A stretch of DNA of 63,008 nt, the filler included, from Asterionella formosa (taxonomy: Eukaryota): assembly GCA_002256025.1 (NCBI GenBank). It is 22 parts of 22 records of this genome, joined end to end, with 100 filler letters (N's around TTAATTAATTAA, not from the genome) between each part and the next. Parts side by side here need not be neighbours in the genome. Positions count along the whole stretch, not along the records: positions 50,998 to 52,628 come from NKIB01001684.1; positions 52,729 to 54,359 come from NKIB01001685.1; positions 54,460 to 56,089 come from NKIB01001686.1; positions 56,190 to 57,819 come from NKIB01001687.1; positions 57,920 to 59,549 come from NKIB01001688.1; positions 59,650 to 61,279 come from NKIB01001689.1; positions 61,380 to 63,008 come from NKIB01001690.1; 15 more parts are not named here. One strand, given 5' to 3'. The translations under genes were made by a program, and so were the position numbers. The notes under the pieces are model-generated. The model saw nothing but the letters and a program-made list of their open reading frames with translations. It made no database searches and was not told the DNA's origin. Of this stretch, positions 50,998 to 63,008 are shown one piece after another (position 1 is the stretch's first letter; every line of letters starts with the position of its first letter).

Positions 50998-52628
50998 ACG
51001 ACGTCCGGGTCCACATGCGAAATCTTGTTGTCGTCTACATACCACGCAATCGTGCACTGCTTCCCGTTGATTGTGCAGTTAGCAATGCAAGAGTCGTAAG
51101 GGTTTAACACAAAACCCATCTCTTTTAGGGTGTTGTGGAATAAATCATACCATAGTAGGGCAGATTTGACGCACCCATAAATCGCTTTCACTAGCCTGAC
51201 GTACAACACTTTGTTTCCTTTCTCGTTGGACACAAAATTCGTGTGCTCTGGATTCATGTTGCATAATATATCGACTGATTCACCAGTGAATTTCATAACA
51301 ACGAAATCATCCATATCTGCTTTCAAATACGCACCCGCCACATCTGCTGTGGCGACATCTCTTCCTTCATGTGCATCAATCATGATGGACAACATGAGCG
51401 CATCGGTGGATACTGTAGGAGATGCCGTTTGCGACTTGTCATAAAGTGATCGCTGCGGTCTCCCGTCGGCTACTGTACGCCCCTTGAGGCGTCCGTCTCT
51501 CTTCTCTTTGATGAGATTGATGGCTCGGAGCGCTCCCGTCCTCTGTTCCCTGGTAAGGGAGTTCGCGCTTACGGGTTCGTACACATCCAGCTCCTCTAGT
51601 TGTGCAAATTCTCTCATCAGGGCGGCCTCCGCCGCTTTCCCGTGTTTCTTTATTCCTGCCTTCGCGGTCATCTGGTTCATTACATACCCAAAGATACGTT
51701 TATTTGTGTTGTCGTCTGCGTACGGCATCGTTGTTCGAAATCCGCGTTGTACGAGCTGTCTTGGTGGAAAGTATGACTTGTTGCTATGCGGTGCATCAAT
51801 GGCCTGCTTGAACTGTTCACTTGTGGCTACCCGGCGTTGTCGGGGATTATGTGGTCCGTGTTCTCCTGCCAACGCTCCTTGATCTGCCACCTCGTAGTCG
51901 TTGTCAGAACCAGCTTCTTGATTGGCTTCTTCAATGGTCGCTGTCTCTTCCATAGGCGCTCCTTGGTTTTCGTTGTTGTGTTCATTTTGTATGTAGTCAT
52001 CGTAGACAAGCGCGACGTCATCAACGTCGATCGTGTTTGGGTCTCCTGGGTTCGGCTCGACTGGAGGTGCATCGTCCAAAACCGTAGGGTGTGGCCCATC
52101 ATGGAGCAGATCGGCAACTTCGTGATCATCGATGGCATCAAAATCCGCGGGGTTAAAATCGTCAATAGGTTGATGTGCGGCAGGCTCGTAGTCCCGGTCG
52201 TATTCGTCGTTGTCAATGTGGTGGTCGGTGCGCCATTCTACAACTAGGCCTCTGGCCTGGATGGGGGGCTGCCCCTCGTGTGCTGCGAGCGCCTCCACGC
52301 GGGCAATGGCGGTGTCCGTCATGGGCAACTCCGTCCAATTATGTCGGGAAATCTTATTACCGGTTGCAAGAGACATGAAGTAGTAGTCACCTTGGGCATT
52401 GCCAGTGGGGGTAAGGGCAATTGCTCCGAGGGAACGCGCTTGAAGGGTGTTGGATGGATCGTTGTCTTCAAAAACTTGGACGTAGGTCCCAAACTCAATG
52501 CGCATTTGGTTGTATTCTGGGTTGGCAGCGCCCGTGACAATGCATGCGGGGCTCATGGTGTCTGAGATGCCGTTTGCCCATGGGAACTGGTTTAGACATC
52601 GAACGGCATCGATCACCATATGGTTGAT
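50998..52628 (-). mobile_element. Second copy of the Copia-type pol fragment, intact frame
   Basis: Protein nearly identical to 45803-47434 in RT; indels are confined to the acidic linker. Confidence 0.95.
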
Positions 52629-52728
52629 NNNNNNNNNNNNNNNNNNNNNNNNNNNNNNNNNNNNNNNNNNNNTTAATTAATTAANNNNNNNNNNNNNNNN
52701 NNNNNNNNNNNNNNNNNNNNNNNNNNNN

Positions 52729-54122
52729 GATAGGTGTATCAAAATATAACAAACCATTGTGCAAATGTTCTGTGCGTATCATTATAGGAATGCATGACAT
52801 GCAGAAAAACACTGATATATCCACCATACAGACAGGACATGGTATTTGTAAATTAGCCGTCATAAAATAATCAGCTGGACAAATGAGCAAACTCGCAGAA
52901 GGTACTACGACCAGGTACTTCTGTTGCAAGATACAAGCTGACGGATTAAATTTTGAGAGCATCATGCTGAGTACTGGCAAAGGAAGAAAAGGTGGGATCA
53001 TACCTGCTATGCATGGTATATATTAATTATAAATGTTCGATTTACAACGAAATGTCCTGAAGTGCAATCCATTCATAAGTTAAAGATCAGGACCCACCGC
53101 GATCAAATAATATTCATCTTATGTCATGCATATACAACGCAGCCACCAATACTTGGTTTGCTTATGACATGAGAATGAAATGCAATTAAGCTTATGCATT
53201 CATAGGCAAAGAAAGAATGAGACCGGAATCAGGTCTTGAGATGTGCATATGGAATGATATATTGAATCTACCTTTGCATTTTAAAATATCCCGTGTTAAA
53301 ATAGCGGTGATATCCAACCTGTAATTATCCTGTAAATAACAAAAGTTATTCAGGTAATGATTGACGTAAGACATATTCAATGTGCTGTCGCTCATAAATA
53401 TATATATATATATATGTATATTATTAAAATCATAGCATTGTTGCTATTGTCGCACATAATTCTGTTAAGGCGATATGTTCAGCATTCTGCTGGTTTTTTT
53501 TATTAGGCACATCGGCCACTAACTGACCAACAGGAGGGTTCATGACCGTTAAAATTTCCTGGGCAGATTCATAAAAGTCGGCAGGTATGGCCCTCGGCAC
53601 AGTACCCTAACCAGACATCATCATAGGGTTAACTCATGGATTTGCTTGTATAAAACATGCACGGAAGAAATAACATGAATAGCGTTAGCTGTGTTAGTAT
53701 GATAATTTGCTCCGTGTAGAAGTTCATGCCATAGGAACAGGAACAGAGTTAGTAGTGTTAGTAATGATAACTCCATGAACCTTATGTTTGACCGTTGTTT
53801 CATATCCCATGCGTGGCCGGCTGCACTAAAATGCATGTGCCCTGCCATCACCCCTGAGTATAAAATTATCATGTACAAATTTACGCTTGAAATGGTGTTG
53901 GTATTCTTGATACATCACAGGACTGCATTTAGCAATGCGAAGACGATCTTTTGTTAAAATTGACACCAGTCACGCTTATTTTCTTGATACGTCATGGAAT
54001 TGTCTTCAACTTCAACTATTTATTTACGATTTTGTGTTAGAAAATTGACACCAGGCACGCGCGTTCTCTCGACATAACACGACTGCCTTCAGCGATGCGA
54101 AGTCGATTTCGGCTTATGGTAG
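52729..54122 (-). repeat. Repeat family B copy
   Basis: Aligns with 33881-35303 with more SNPs and small indels. Confidence 0.9.
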
Positions 54123-54813
54123 AACTCATGCTTGAGGATGTGCTTGAGTTGATCATTGAATGATTGTTGACTCTCGAAGTAAGCCAAAACCAAGCGAATC
54201 AATTATTTTGTGTTCTTTTCATTGTTCCATTTAAACACTTGTTGCCACGCATTGTCGATCAAGCAAAATGACAATCAACCTCAAATCTTCCTTGGCGGAA
54301 ACCTCTTGATCTTCTGGATGAGTTATCATGAGTTTTAGGAGCTTCTTTAAGGTCTTGAGNNNNNNNNNNNNNNNNNNNNNNNNNNNNNNNNNNNNNNNNN
54401 NNNTTAATTAATTAANNNNNNNNNNNNNNNNNNNNNNNNNNNNNNNNNNNNNNNNNNNNACTGTTCATCCGTAGTACCGGTACAGTTGCTGACACGAAAG
54501 CGAAGAATGAGGAGCATGCAAGCAAAAGGTGTGATTCTGACTAATTCCGGTTACTGGTACCTGGTACCAGGTAGCCTACCGTTATGCATTTTGTATGATG
54601 ACATGATGTATACTGGTACTCTTGTGAATCCAACAAGGAGCCGTATTATTCTTGGCATCTCCCAATGACTCCCACTTTCATTGCTGCGCTAATCACTATC
54701 ACATCATTTGTTATTCCCCATCGCTGCTAAAGGTCGTTTGTATTTGATAATAAATACTCCTACTTTATAGATAGCAACAGCAGCAACATCAACAAAAAGA
54801 CAACTGCTGCATC

Positions 54814-55644
54814 ATGTGGATATATGAAACAGCTGAACGATTGTTTTCATCCCCTGACTCATTGGACGTAATCCTCTTTTCTGGGATCATTTTAGTTGCC
54901 TTTGAAGCTCTGAATTATTTAACACTCCACACTCAGCGATGGACCACTTCAACGACTCCCACTATTCCAGTACGAGGCAAACATTTGGATGACTTGAGTA
55001 TCAAAGATCATCTCTTCATTTCACTGAATAAACTGGCCACTCCACCCTTTGCGTATCTGTATCTCCAATTTGCCTGGCGCAGCAGCACGCCCCACACCCA
55101 CATGACTTTATGGAATACCCTCCTACCAATTCCTCTTTTGTTTCTAGTATACGATCTTGTGTATACTCTACTCCACGGGATGTTGCATGTACCAGCCATT
55201 TATAGCATGGTCCACAAACATCATCATCAACAAAAGGCACCGTCGCGTGCCAATGTTGACGCGGTCAATGTCCATCCATTGGAATTCTTTTTGGGAGAAT
55301 ACAATCATTTACTTGCCCTTTATGTGGTGCGCACCTACTTTAAGATACAAGTTCATTGTGTCGCTGCCATTGCGTTTTTAGCCATCGGGGCCATGTTGAC
55401 TGGATGGAATCACACTCGATTTGACATTACTTGGTGGTTCCTTTATGATAGCAAGGTACATGATGTTCATCATCGGATCCCAAGATCAAACTATGGTCAA
55501 TATACCATGATTTGGGATAAAGTCTTTGGAACCTTTCGACCTTATGATCCCATGGATCGAATCCAACCAGAGGCGCAATTGGACCCAAAGACCGGAAAAA
55601 GTTTCAATTATGTGAAGAGTGGAATCAAGAAAAAGGAATCGTAA
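54814..55644 (+). CDS. Fatty-acid hydroxylase / sterol desaturase superfamily protein, complete, 276 aa
   Basis: His boxes HGMLH, HKHHH, NH and HDVHH; HPLE; NYGQYTMIWDKVFGT; TM segments; C-terminal KKES ER-retrieval-like signal. Confidence 0.92.
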   Translation: MWIYETAERLFSSPDSLDVILFSGIILVAFEALNYLTLHTQRWTTSTTPTIPVRGKHLDDLSIKDHLFISLNKLATPPFAYLYLQFAWRSSTPHTHMTLWNTLLPIPLLFLVYDLVYTLLHGMLHVPAIYSMVHKHHHQQKAPSRANVDAVNVHPLEFFLGEYNHLLALYVVRTYFKIQVHCVAAIAFLAIGAMLTGWNHTRFDITWWFLYDSKVHDVHHRIPRSNYGQYTMIWDKVFGTFRPYDPMDRIQPEAQLDPKTGKSFNYVKSGIKKKES

Positions 55645-56819
55645 AACGTTAACTACAAATAGAAACAATGACATCACCATCAGATGATAGATGGGTCTTT
55701 ATTCGCAATCTGCTGCGTGTCGGCTTTCTTATTTTATGTATGCCACATGACAAGGAGGGAGGGGTTGTATTTGTCCACACCGCACTTGACGATCATCAGT
55801 CATGGCGATACCATCGGTTTTGTTCCCGATTTATCGACGTGGTTGATATACAAAGCCACCACGTCCACACTATTTACAATTCATACCCAAGCCTCCCTAG
55901 ATAAATTCAGATGTTTGATCGTAACGTTGGCATAGTGATGTAGTATCTTGGTCTGGAGTGCAGTAAATGACGAGTATCGGCCATGTGTCAACACATGAAG
56001 GAAAGAGTCGCTGTCGTCATGAAATCACAAATAGATACCGGTAAGCCTCGTTGTTGCCTCAACAATATATGTTTGTATCACAGATGATGNNNNNNNNNNN
56101 NNNNNNNNNNNNNNNNNNNNNNNNNNNNNNNNNTTAATTAATTAANNNNNNNNNNNNNNNNNNNNNNNNNNNNNNNNNNNNNNNNNNNNATCATTTTGCA
56201 TGAAACTACCGGAGCTGGCTGTTTCCTTGCTTTCCAATCACTCAACAATTCACCGATTATTCAATTACATCAAATTGAGCACTGAGACAGAGATGTTGTT
56301 GCTGAAGCTCTTTAGGAAGCTCTCATGAAATGGACAGAATGACGAGGACAGCTGGGAAATAAAGCCTGCCTAGGAGATTTTTTCTCAAGTTCAAGAAAAT
56401 GGAAGGGCCTACATGTTATCATGGCATAAAATGATTTCAACAATTTATCAAAAAAATCCTATGATTGTGCGCATTCCCTGTGTTAGTTGGAGATGAGTCG
56501 AACAGCCAAGTGAGAAAATGGCTGATGGAAATAATGGTAAATGATATGGAAAAAGTTTGAGGGATCTTTTTTTGCTTTCAAAAAATAGCATTGGCTTAGC
56601 TAGTGTTGCTTGAGTGTGTAGCTATGCTACACAATAAGTGTAAAATATTTTTGGCGACATGATAGGCCAGTCAGACACATTGCCGAAGTTTGAATTTTTG
56701 AAAAATCTATTTTTGGATGATCCGCTGCAACAAAAATAAGGGTTTTATTTGATCAAAATGGTCTAGTATAGTAATCTCGTATTTACACTTTACCAGCACC
56801 ATAGTCCCATACATTTTCG

Positions 56820-57170
56820 ACCTTGAATTGAAACAAATCAAAAGCCTTGTATTGGAACTTATGATCTTGTATTGGGACAACATGACACAGTACCCGCCAA
56901 TAAAGTTTCAACCTTGAATTGGAAAAAAGTCTCATTGTATTGGAACTTAGCTATGACCTTGTATTGGGACATGATGTAATAGTACAGCCAAAACAACCTT
57001 GAATTTCAAAATATTGTCACCTATTATTTGAAAATTTGACCTTGTATTGGGAAATATACAAAGCCCAATGCAGAAAATACCTTCTTATATTGGATGATCT
57101 TTCCATGCCAAATAAAAAAACACCTTGAATCAGAGCGATACCCACCAGAGTTGTTTCACCTTGTATTGGA
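56820..57170 (+). repeat. Array of alternating ACCTTGAATT / CCTTGTATTGG motifs
   Basis: About ten occurrences in 350 bp with a higher-order period of about 90 bp. Confidence 0.8.
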
Positions 57171-59651
57171 CTTCTTTTTAACGAACTTTCGCTAATAGTA
57201 CAAGGTGAATTTGTATGTGGATCATTACATTTGTTTTTTTACCCATGATAAATTCATGATGAATGTTGTGTCTGTGATGCTTCCTGGATACAATGGCATA
57301 CTCCTGCTGGCAGCTGACGTCATATGTATCTGAAGGGTACTACACAGACTAACTACTACAGCAGATTATATAATAAGACTAATGCAAAAAATGCGAACCT
57401 GCAGGATCTTGCCACTCTTCTGATCAATCAAGAATTCGGATATTATGCAACAATTGACACCAATGTGTGAGGCAACGCAGGTCACACAATAGTATTCGGA
57501 GTGGTAGTACATGAAATGGTTCTGAAACTGACATCGGAATTCTCAAATCATCGGCCGTTATCCCATGTTTTCTACCTAAATCCCAGGCAGGTCGATACAA
57601 GATGCAAGTACTTAGTACCTGGTACCAGGTACCTGGACCACGAGCTGTACCTGTTACCAATACTGGTGGTGCGCATGCAGTGAACGAAGTCCTGGTACTC
57701 GGAGTACTGGTTCCAGTACCTGGTAACGATTGAAGCTGCATTACCGGTATCCATTCAGTAAACTTACTGTATGTAGGGTACAGTATATACAACACGCTCC
57801 TCTAGCTCAAAATATACTTNNNNNNNNNNNNNNNNNNNNNNNNNNNNNNNNNNNNNNNNNNNNTTAATTAATTAANNNNNNNNNNNNNNNNNNNNNNNNN
57901 NNNNNNNNNNNNNNNNNNNGATGTTTTGATGTGGCAGTGGGTCGCTTCCATAGGTATATTGTTGATTGTTGTTGTTCTCAATTGATGTTCATAATTGACT
58001 GAGTCCTCGGAACCCCTAGTACTACCGGTACAGCTATTAGCAGTAGATATCATGCATGTACTGTCAATCCGAGTCCTACGATGGTACAAAATTGAACGCT
58101 GTTTCTACATGTTTTTGGGGAGAAAAGTCTCCCCAAAAAGCCGCTGCTGACGGGGCCGCAGAAAACATACGTGTTAAAAGCTAAAGGGGAATAAACGTCA
58201 GCGCAGAAAAAAGGGGAGAATTTCTCCCCAAAAATGTACAAGGATCTCCTACATTCTCCCCATTTTTCCACGCTTCTGACATTGTACGTCCACAAAGCAC
58301 ACCCAGATAGTTGAAGTTGAAAGTATACACTTGAGTGTATACTTTTGTACGGCTACCTGAGGAGCATCGTGGAACCTGGTACGTGAGAGGTATTGAGTAG
58401 AGTCTAAAAGTATATTAGGGGTTTACTATATATAGAGGAAGATCAGAACAGCTGGATATGTTCCGATCTTGAGAATTTGAGAAAAAGGAATACGTATGTT
58501 TGCATACCACGTCAATTCGGGGATTACGTATCCACTATTTACGTATGGAATTAGTATTAACCTACAGGAAGAGAGGAATGGAATGACCATTGGAGATCAT
58601 TTCCATTTTTCACAGTTTATATCATAATTTTAGTTTACGTTTTACATTTTAACCTTTATTATCCGGTATTGCCACTGAGAATATCGTCACTGTTTAAGAC
58701 GGTTTCTGGTTAACAAGGTTAGCCAGCCCATTTTCCCTCCACTAGTTTATCAGGACCCATTCCGCTCACCGTGAGCAAGTGAAGAAAGAGAAAAGTCACT
58801 GCGAAGCAATGGCGTGTCTGCCCAAGTTACAGTGAATACTGACAGAGACAGGAAAGAAGTCAACTGTGTCAAGGACAAGGTTGCAGGTGTCGAGCTTAGG
58901 ACAAGGAGTCGACATTGATCAGAGTAGAGAGTCCTCTGCTGGTATGGATACGCGTGTCTGCGGAAGATACTAGAAAACCAAAAGAGGCTGTAAGCCCCAA
59001 CAAGGAAGAGAAACCTGTTGAAATCCCATATATAATCACTCCGTACAGAGTATAAAAAGACTCTCGATAGCAACGAGACAAAACAACAACAACTATTAAA
59101 CAATGAGTACAAATCCAATAATCCCAGAGATTTATGAAATGGTCTGGGATGACAATGATGAAGACATTGATAACGAAGCAGATATGGAGAATGAACTTGG
59201 AACAATGTTAACAAACATAATGGGCATTGAAGATGAATTCAAAGAAATATTATGAAGCAATGGAATCATTACTATGAAAATATTTTTCACTTTCATTAGA
59301 GGACCAATATTGCAAATCTTATCCATGCTAGGAGAATCAAGATACAGAATATACAGAGCAAACATTGTGAAGATACTTACTGTGAATGAAGAAATCAAAG
59401 AAGGAGGATCCTTGTGCAAAGTGGATATGAATACAATTCACAATGTTATCACAAAACCCGAATACATTAGCGCATACAACACTCACAAGAAAACATTGCG
59501 CGAATCCCTAGAATTAGCTTGGAGACAACATAACCTACAAACATTGCAANNNNNNNNNNNNNNNNNNNNNNNNNNNNNNNNNNNNNNNNNNNNTTAATTA
59601 ATTAANNNNNNNNNNNNNNNNNNNNNNNNNNNNNNNNNNNNNNNNNNNNAA

Positions 59652-60536
59652 AAAAACCGGAACCTCTCTCTGGCCGAATTTAGTATTTCCTCCAAGGCAC
59701 CAATCAATCATTTATTTGGCTGCCACGACTACTGCTCTGAGACATGGTGCCCTGTAAAAGCAGGAAAAATGGTTAGTAACGGAAAATATCATGACAAGGA
59801 AAAGGAAAAAGATTTATACGAATGGTTAATGCTGCATGTTGCAACAAAAGTCGAAGGCGAAAAGCTACTATCGTTGCATCATCCCTTTGACACGCAGATT
59901 AATGAGGCAATGAACAATGCAGTGTCGCGACGATGTCCAAAAAACAAGGTGTTTGCGGGATCTGGAGGCCTTCAGTATCGAGTGGCTTCGGTTGCTGGGC
60001 AACACACACAAGGAGCAACACAATATACAAGGAATGTATACAAGCAATGTGGAATGCAGATGTCAGCACTGCAAGAATCCTTCTGGAGACAAAAAGAAAA
60101 GCGACGAAGTGACGATGGAGCCTATAAAGCACAATTCAAACGAAAGAGGAAACGAAGCGAAAAAGTACATGCAGCACGATTCGAAACAGTCAAACAGGAA
60201 AGGCAAGATAACAAATCAGGTAAGACTTACGGTTCTGGTGTTGCGCTCACCAGAAGGGAACATCAGGAAACAAGAAGGAAAGGAACAATTGTCTGCAATA
60301 ATTGTGGCCGCAATGATCATCAAAGGAAAAGCAGCGCACTCTGTCCATTCAATGTACCGGCAGGCAAAGTGCCTGATCACACTGGTATGCGTATGATCAA
60401 TGATGATCAGCTACCTACTACTGTGGATATTGTACCGGCCAACACCCAAGAAAATGTTACATGTGCATCCAGTGTGGCCAGCTTGGGTTTGCAAGACCGC
60501 GCAAACCAGCCCAATCAATTGTCGGTAAGTAATTGA
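59652..60536 (+). mobile_element. Mutator-like transposase C-terminal part with zinc knuckle
   Basis: INHLFGCHDYCSETWC, DTQINEAMNNAVSRRCPKNKVF (catalytic Glu region) and CNNCGRNDHQRKSSALC. Open from the contig start. Confidence 0.8.
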
Positions 60537-60804
60537 ACTTGACCAATCAAAATTTTTATAGTGAAGCGTGCACTTACAATGGAATTTTTTGTACAGGCGA
60601 TTGTATGACGAAAAATCGAATCACAAGACTCCTATTCCGATGATGACGTTTCAGCGATTAGTGATTCTGATTCCGACGTTTTGTTGACCGTTGAAAAGGC
60701 CGATATTGTCGGATTTTTGGACGACGATAGCTCAACGTTGGCAGGGTTTGAAGAAGAGTTAAGTACATAGGTAATCTTCATATAGCCCCAGAAGTTAACT
60801 TTCT

Positions 60805-60927
60805 GCGAGAAACTGCAGAAAGGAACTTCGGTTTTTTTTTACTAGGCCAAATAAACGAGTTAGCCCGGTAAAATCCACTATTTTCAGCATAGCTAAAAAA
60901 CCGAAGTTCCTTTCTGCAGTTTCTCGC
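60805..60927. repeat. Perfect 33-bp inverted repeat with 57-bp spacer
   Basis: GCGAGAAACTGCAGAAAGGAACTTCGGTTTTTT (60805-60837) and its exact reverse complement (60895-60927). Confidence 0.95.
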
Positions 60928-61379
60928 CAGATCCTATATCCTGACGATATATAGCGTTGACCTATACCCCTACTTTGATAAATGACTGTATTTAAGCATG
61001 TGGAAAGGGTGTGTATTGGTGAAAGCTCCGTTTAGCGATATACATTTACGTTTTACTCGTAAGAAGTCTATGTTTGACTACTCTGACTTAACATTATTAT
61101 TTTAACCCTACCTCGAGCTAGGGGTTCAAATGCAGGAACCTTAAGCCATTCATATACTTTTCGTCATGTATATATTTCTTTTAATGGTAAACGGTTAGAA
61201 AATAATACCTCGTTTTCCAATTTCTTGTGTCAACTGACGTCGCCCAGGTGGAGGGGCGGGGTGCCTCACTGGACACCAGNNNNNNNNNNNNNNNNNNNNN
61301 NNNNNNNNNNNNNNNNNNNNNNNTTAATTAATTAANNNNNNNNNNNNNNNNNNNNNNNNNNNNNNNNNNNNNNNNNNNN

Positions 61380-61975
61380 CCTTTGCCAGTACTCAGCATG
61401 ATGCTCTCAAAATTTAATCCGTCAGCTTGTATCTTGCAACAGAAGTACCTGGTCGTAGTACCTTCTGCGAGTTTGCTCATTTGTCCAGCTGATTATTCTA
61501 TGACGGATAATTTACAAATACCATGTCCTGTCTGTATGGTGGATATCTCAGTGTTTTTCTGCATGTCATGCATTCCTATAATGATACGCACAGAAAATTT
61601 GCACAATGGTTTGTTATATTTTGATACACCTATCAAGGATTATGTTTACACATGGAACATTCAAGCTCCTAACTATACAGATACGGAAATATGCTGTTAT
61701 GGCTGAAGTCCTCCAGCACCATTCTATATGAAATGGTCTGTTAAAGAAACTGACTCATTGGGATATCGATAAACTCCAACCGACTTCAAATTTTGGTCTT
61801 CAAATCTTAAAACAGGATTGAAATGGAACTAGACCATTTGTATGGTTGCCTATGCATACATCAACAAACTTGTGCATCAATGAAAGCATTGTTAGTTGCA
61901 GATACACTCATGAGTTATCCTGATCGTAATTTTCCTTTCCATATTTTTTACTAATGTTTCTGATTATCAATTAAG
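61380..61975 (+). pseudogene. Repeat family B copy continuing into Gypsy RT-connection/RNase H relic
   Basis: KETD-LGY--TPT remnant and MKALLVADTLMSYPDRNFPFHIF...SDYQL. Confidence 0.8.
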
Positions 61976-62519
61976 AAACAATCAAAGAATTTTGCTCTAT
62001 GTCATTGAATGCGGTTCTACATGTTCACACTGAACATCATATTTTTTTCTTTATTACCCTGCACAGAAACTCAGCGTGTTCTCCGGTGGAGGATTTATAT
62101 TGAAGAATATCTTCTCACTCTTCACAATATGAAGGGTCCTGATAATGTGAAATATTACAGATTCTATCTCTCGCCTCCCGAGGCTTGAGTCTTTTGGTGG
62201 GGGATGATATTGGACCGAAATGGTGGGGGATGATATTGGACCGAAATTTTCGGCATCAACATCCATATCTACTTTCTCAATTGAAGTAGATGATGATTCT
62301 TTGTTTACCTGTTCCCTCAATCATCCAATTTTGGCAGACAATATTCAATATCCTCTGGAATATTACTCCATACATGATAGACAATTGCTGGATATACAAT
62401 TGATTCTCAATCAAACAACTCATCTCATTCTCAATCAACAAACCAAACACATCTGTTAAAATTTCCCTCTATCAATTTTCATCATATACATTTAATGTAT
62501 TTTGTGAAGAATCCAGGAG

Positions 62520-63008
62520 ATACTTGACGTATTGTTATTCCTACATCACTATCGAATCCTATTATTTATTGGTATCATCAGATATTAGCTCATGTGGGTA
62601 TGACAAGATGAAATGCCACAGTTTCTACACATTTTACTATCCTCCATTAAAAGCAAGAGTGGAACATATTGCAAGCATATATGAAACATGTCAAAACGTA
62701 CAAAATTACCTGATGCTTGGTTTTGGTGAACTTCCACCAAGGAATGCATTGTTATTACAATGCTCAGAAGTCACAGTGGATTTCATTGGTCCATGGAAGA
62801 TAACATTGACTGCACAAGCGATTGAATTTCATGCTCCAACTTGAGTTAACACAGTCACCAATTTACCAGAAATTTCACATATCAATAATAAGACATCAGA
62901 ATATATTGCGATGAAATTTAAAAATGATTGGTTGGACGGATATCTCCGTCCAGAAGGTTGTATACATGACAATGGAGGTCAATTTACTGGTATTCCTTTC
63001 ATACACAT
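62520..63008 (+). pseudogene. Gypsy integrase relic homologous to 1737-2210
   Basis: TTGGTATCATCAGAT...GCTCATGTGGGTATGACAAGAT, VDFIGPWKIT and CIHDNGG, with frameshifts. Confidence 0.9.

Noticed and set aside
60525..60770. Spliced last exon of the Mutator-like gene
   Set aside because: A GTAAGT...TACAG intron is plausible, but the downstream acidic frame has an in-frame TGA at its fourth codon, so the model cannot be supported without transcripts.
1637..61379. Regularly spaced TTAATTAATTAA palindromes as a biological repeat
   Set aside because: They are always centred in N runs and are artificial six-frame-stop contig joiners. ORFs ending in X runs are truncated by them.

Overview
This is eukaryotic DNA, most likely a diatom or related stramenopile, and it is not one locus. 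It is 22 contigs joined by artificial 100-nt spacers (N44-TTAATTAATTAA-N44): 21 contigs of about 1.63 kb and one of 26.6 kb (1737-28361). Gene neighbourhood is therefore only meaningful within a contig. Most of the window is transposon-derived: Gypsy relics, CoDi-like Copia gag/pol, a decayed APE-RT-RNaseH LINE, a Mutator-like transposase, a head-to-head Harbinger-like dimer, and a candidate tRNA-derived SINE with target-site duplication. Recognisable host genes are a CBP/p300 acetyltransferase, LSm7, a PGRL1 fragment, a MOSC fragment, a sterol-desaturase-family gene and a GlmS-like fragment. The best candidate for a new system is an intact two-exon gene (20831-23335, 803 aa) fusing a phosphobase methyltransferase, a FucA/Ald2-type class II aldolase and an NADPH SDR. 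Its domain logic suggests a route from methylthioribulose-1-phosphate to (phospho)sulfocholine. All family assignments come from motif recognition by eye; no searches were run.
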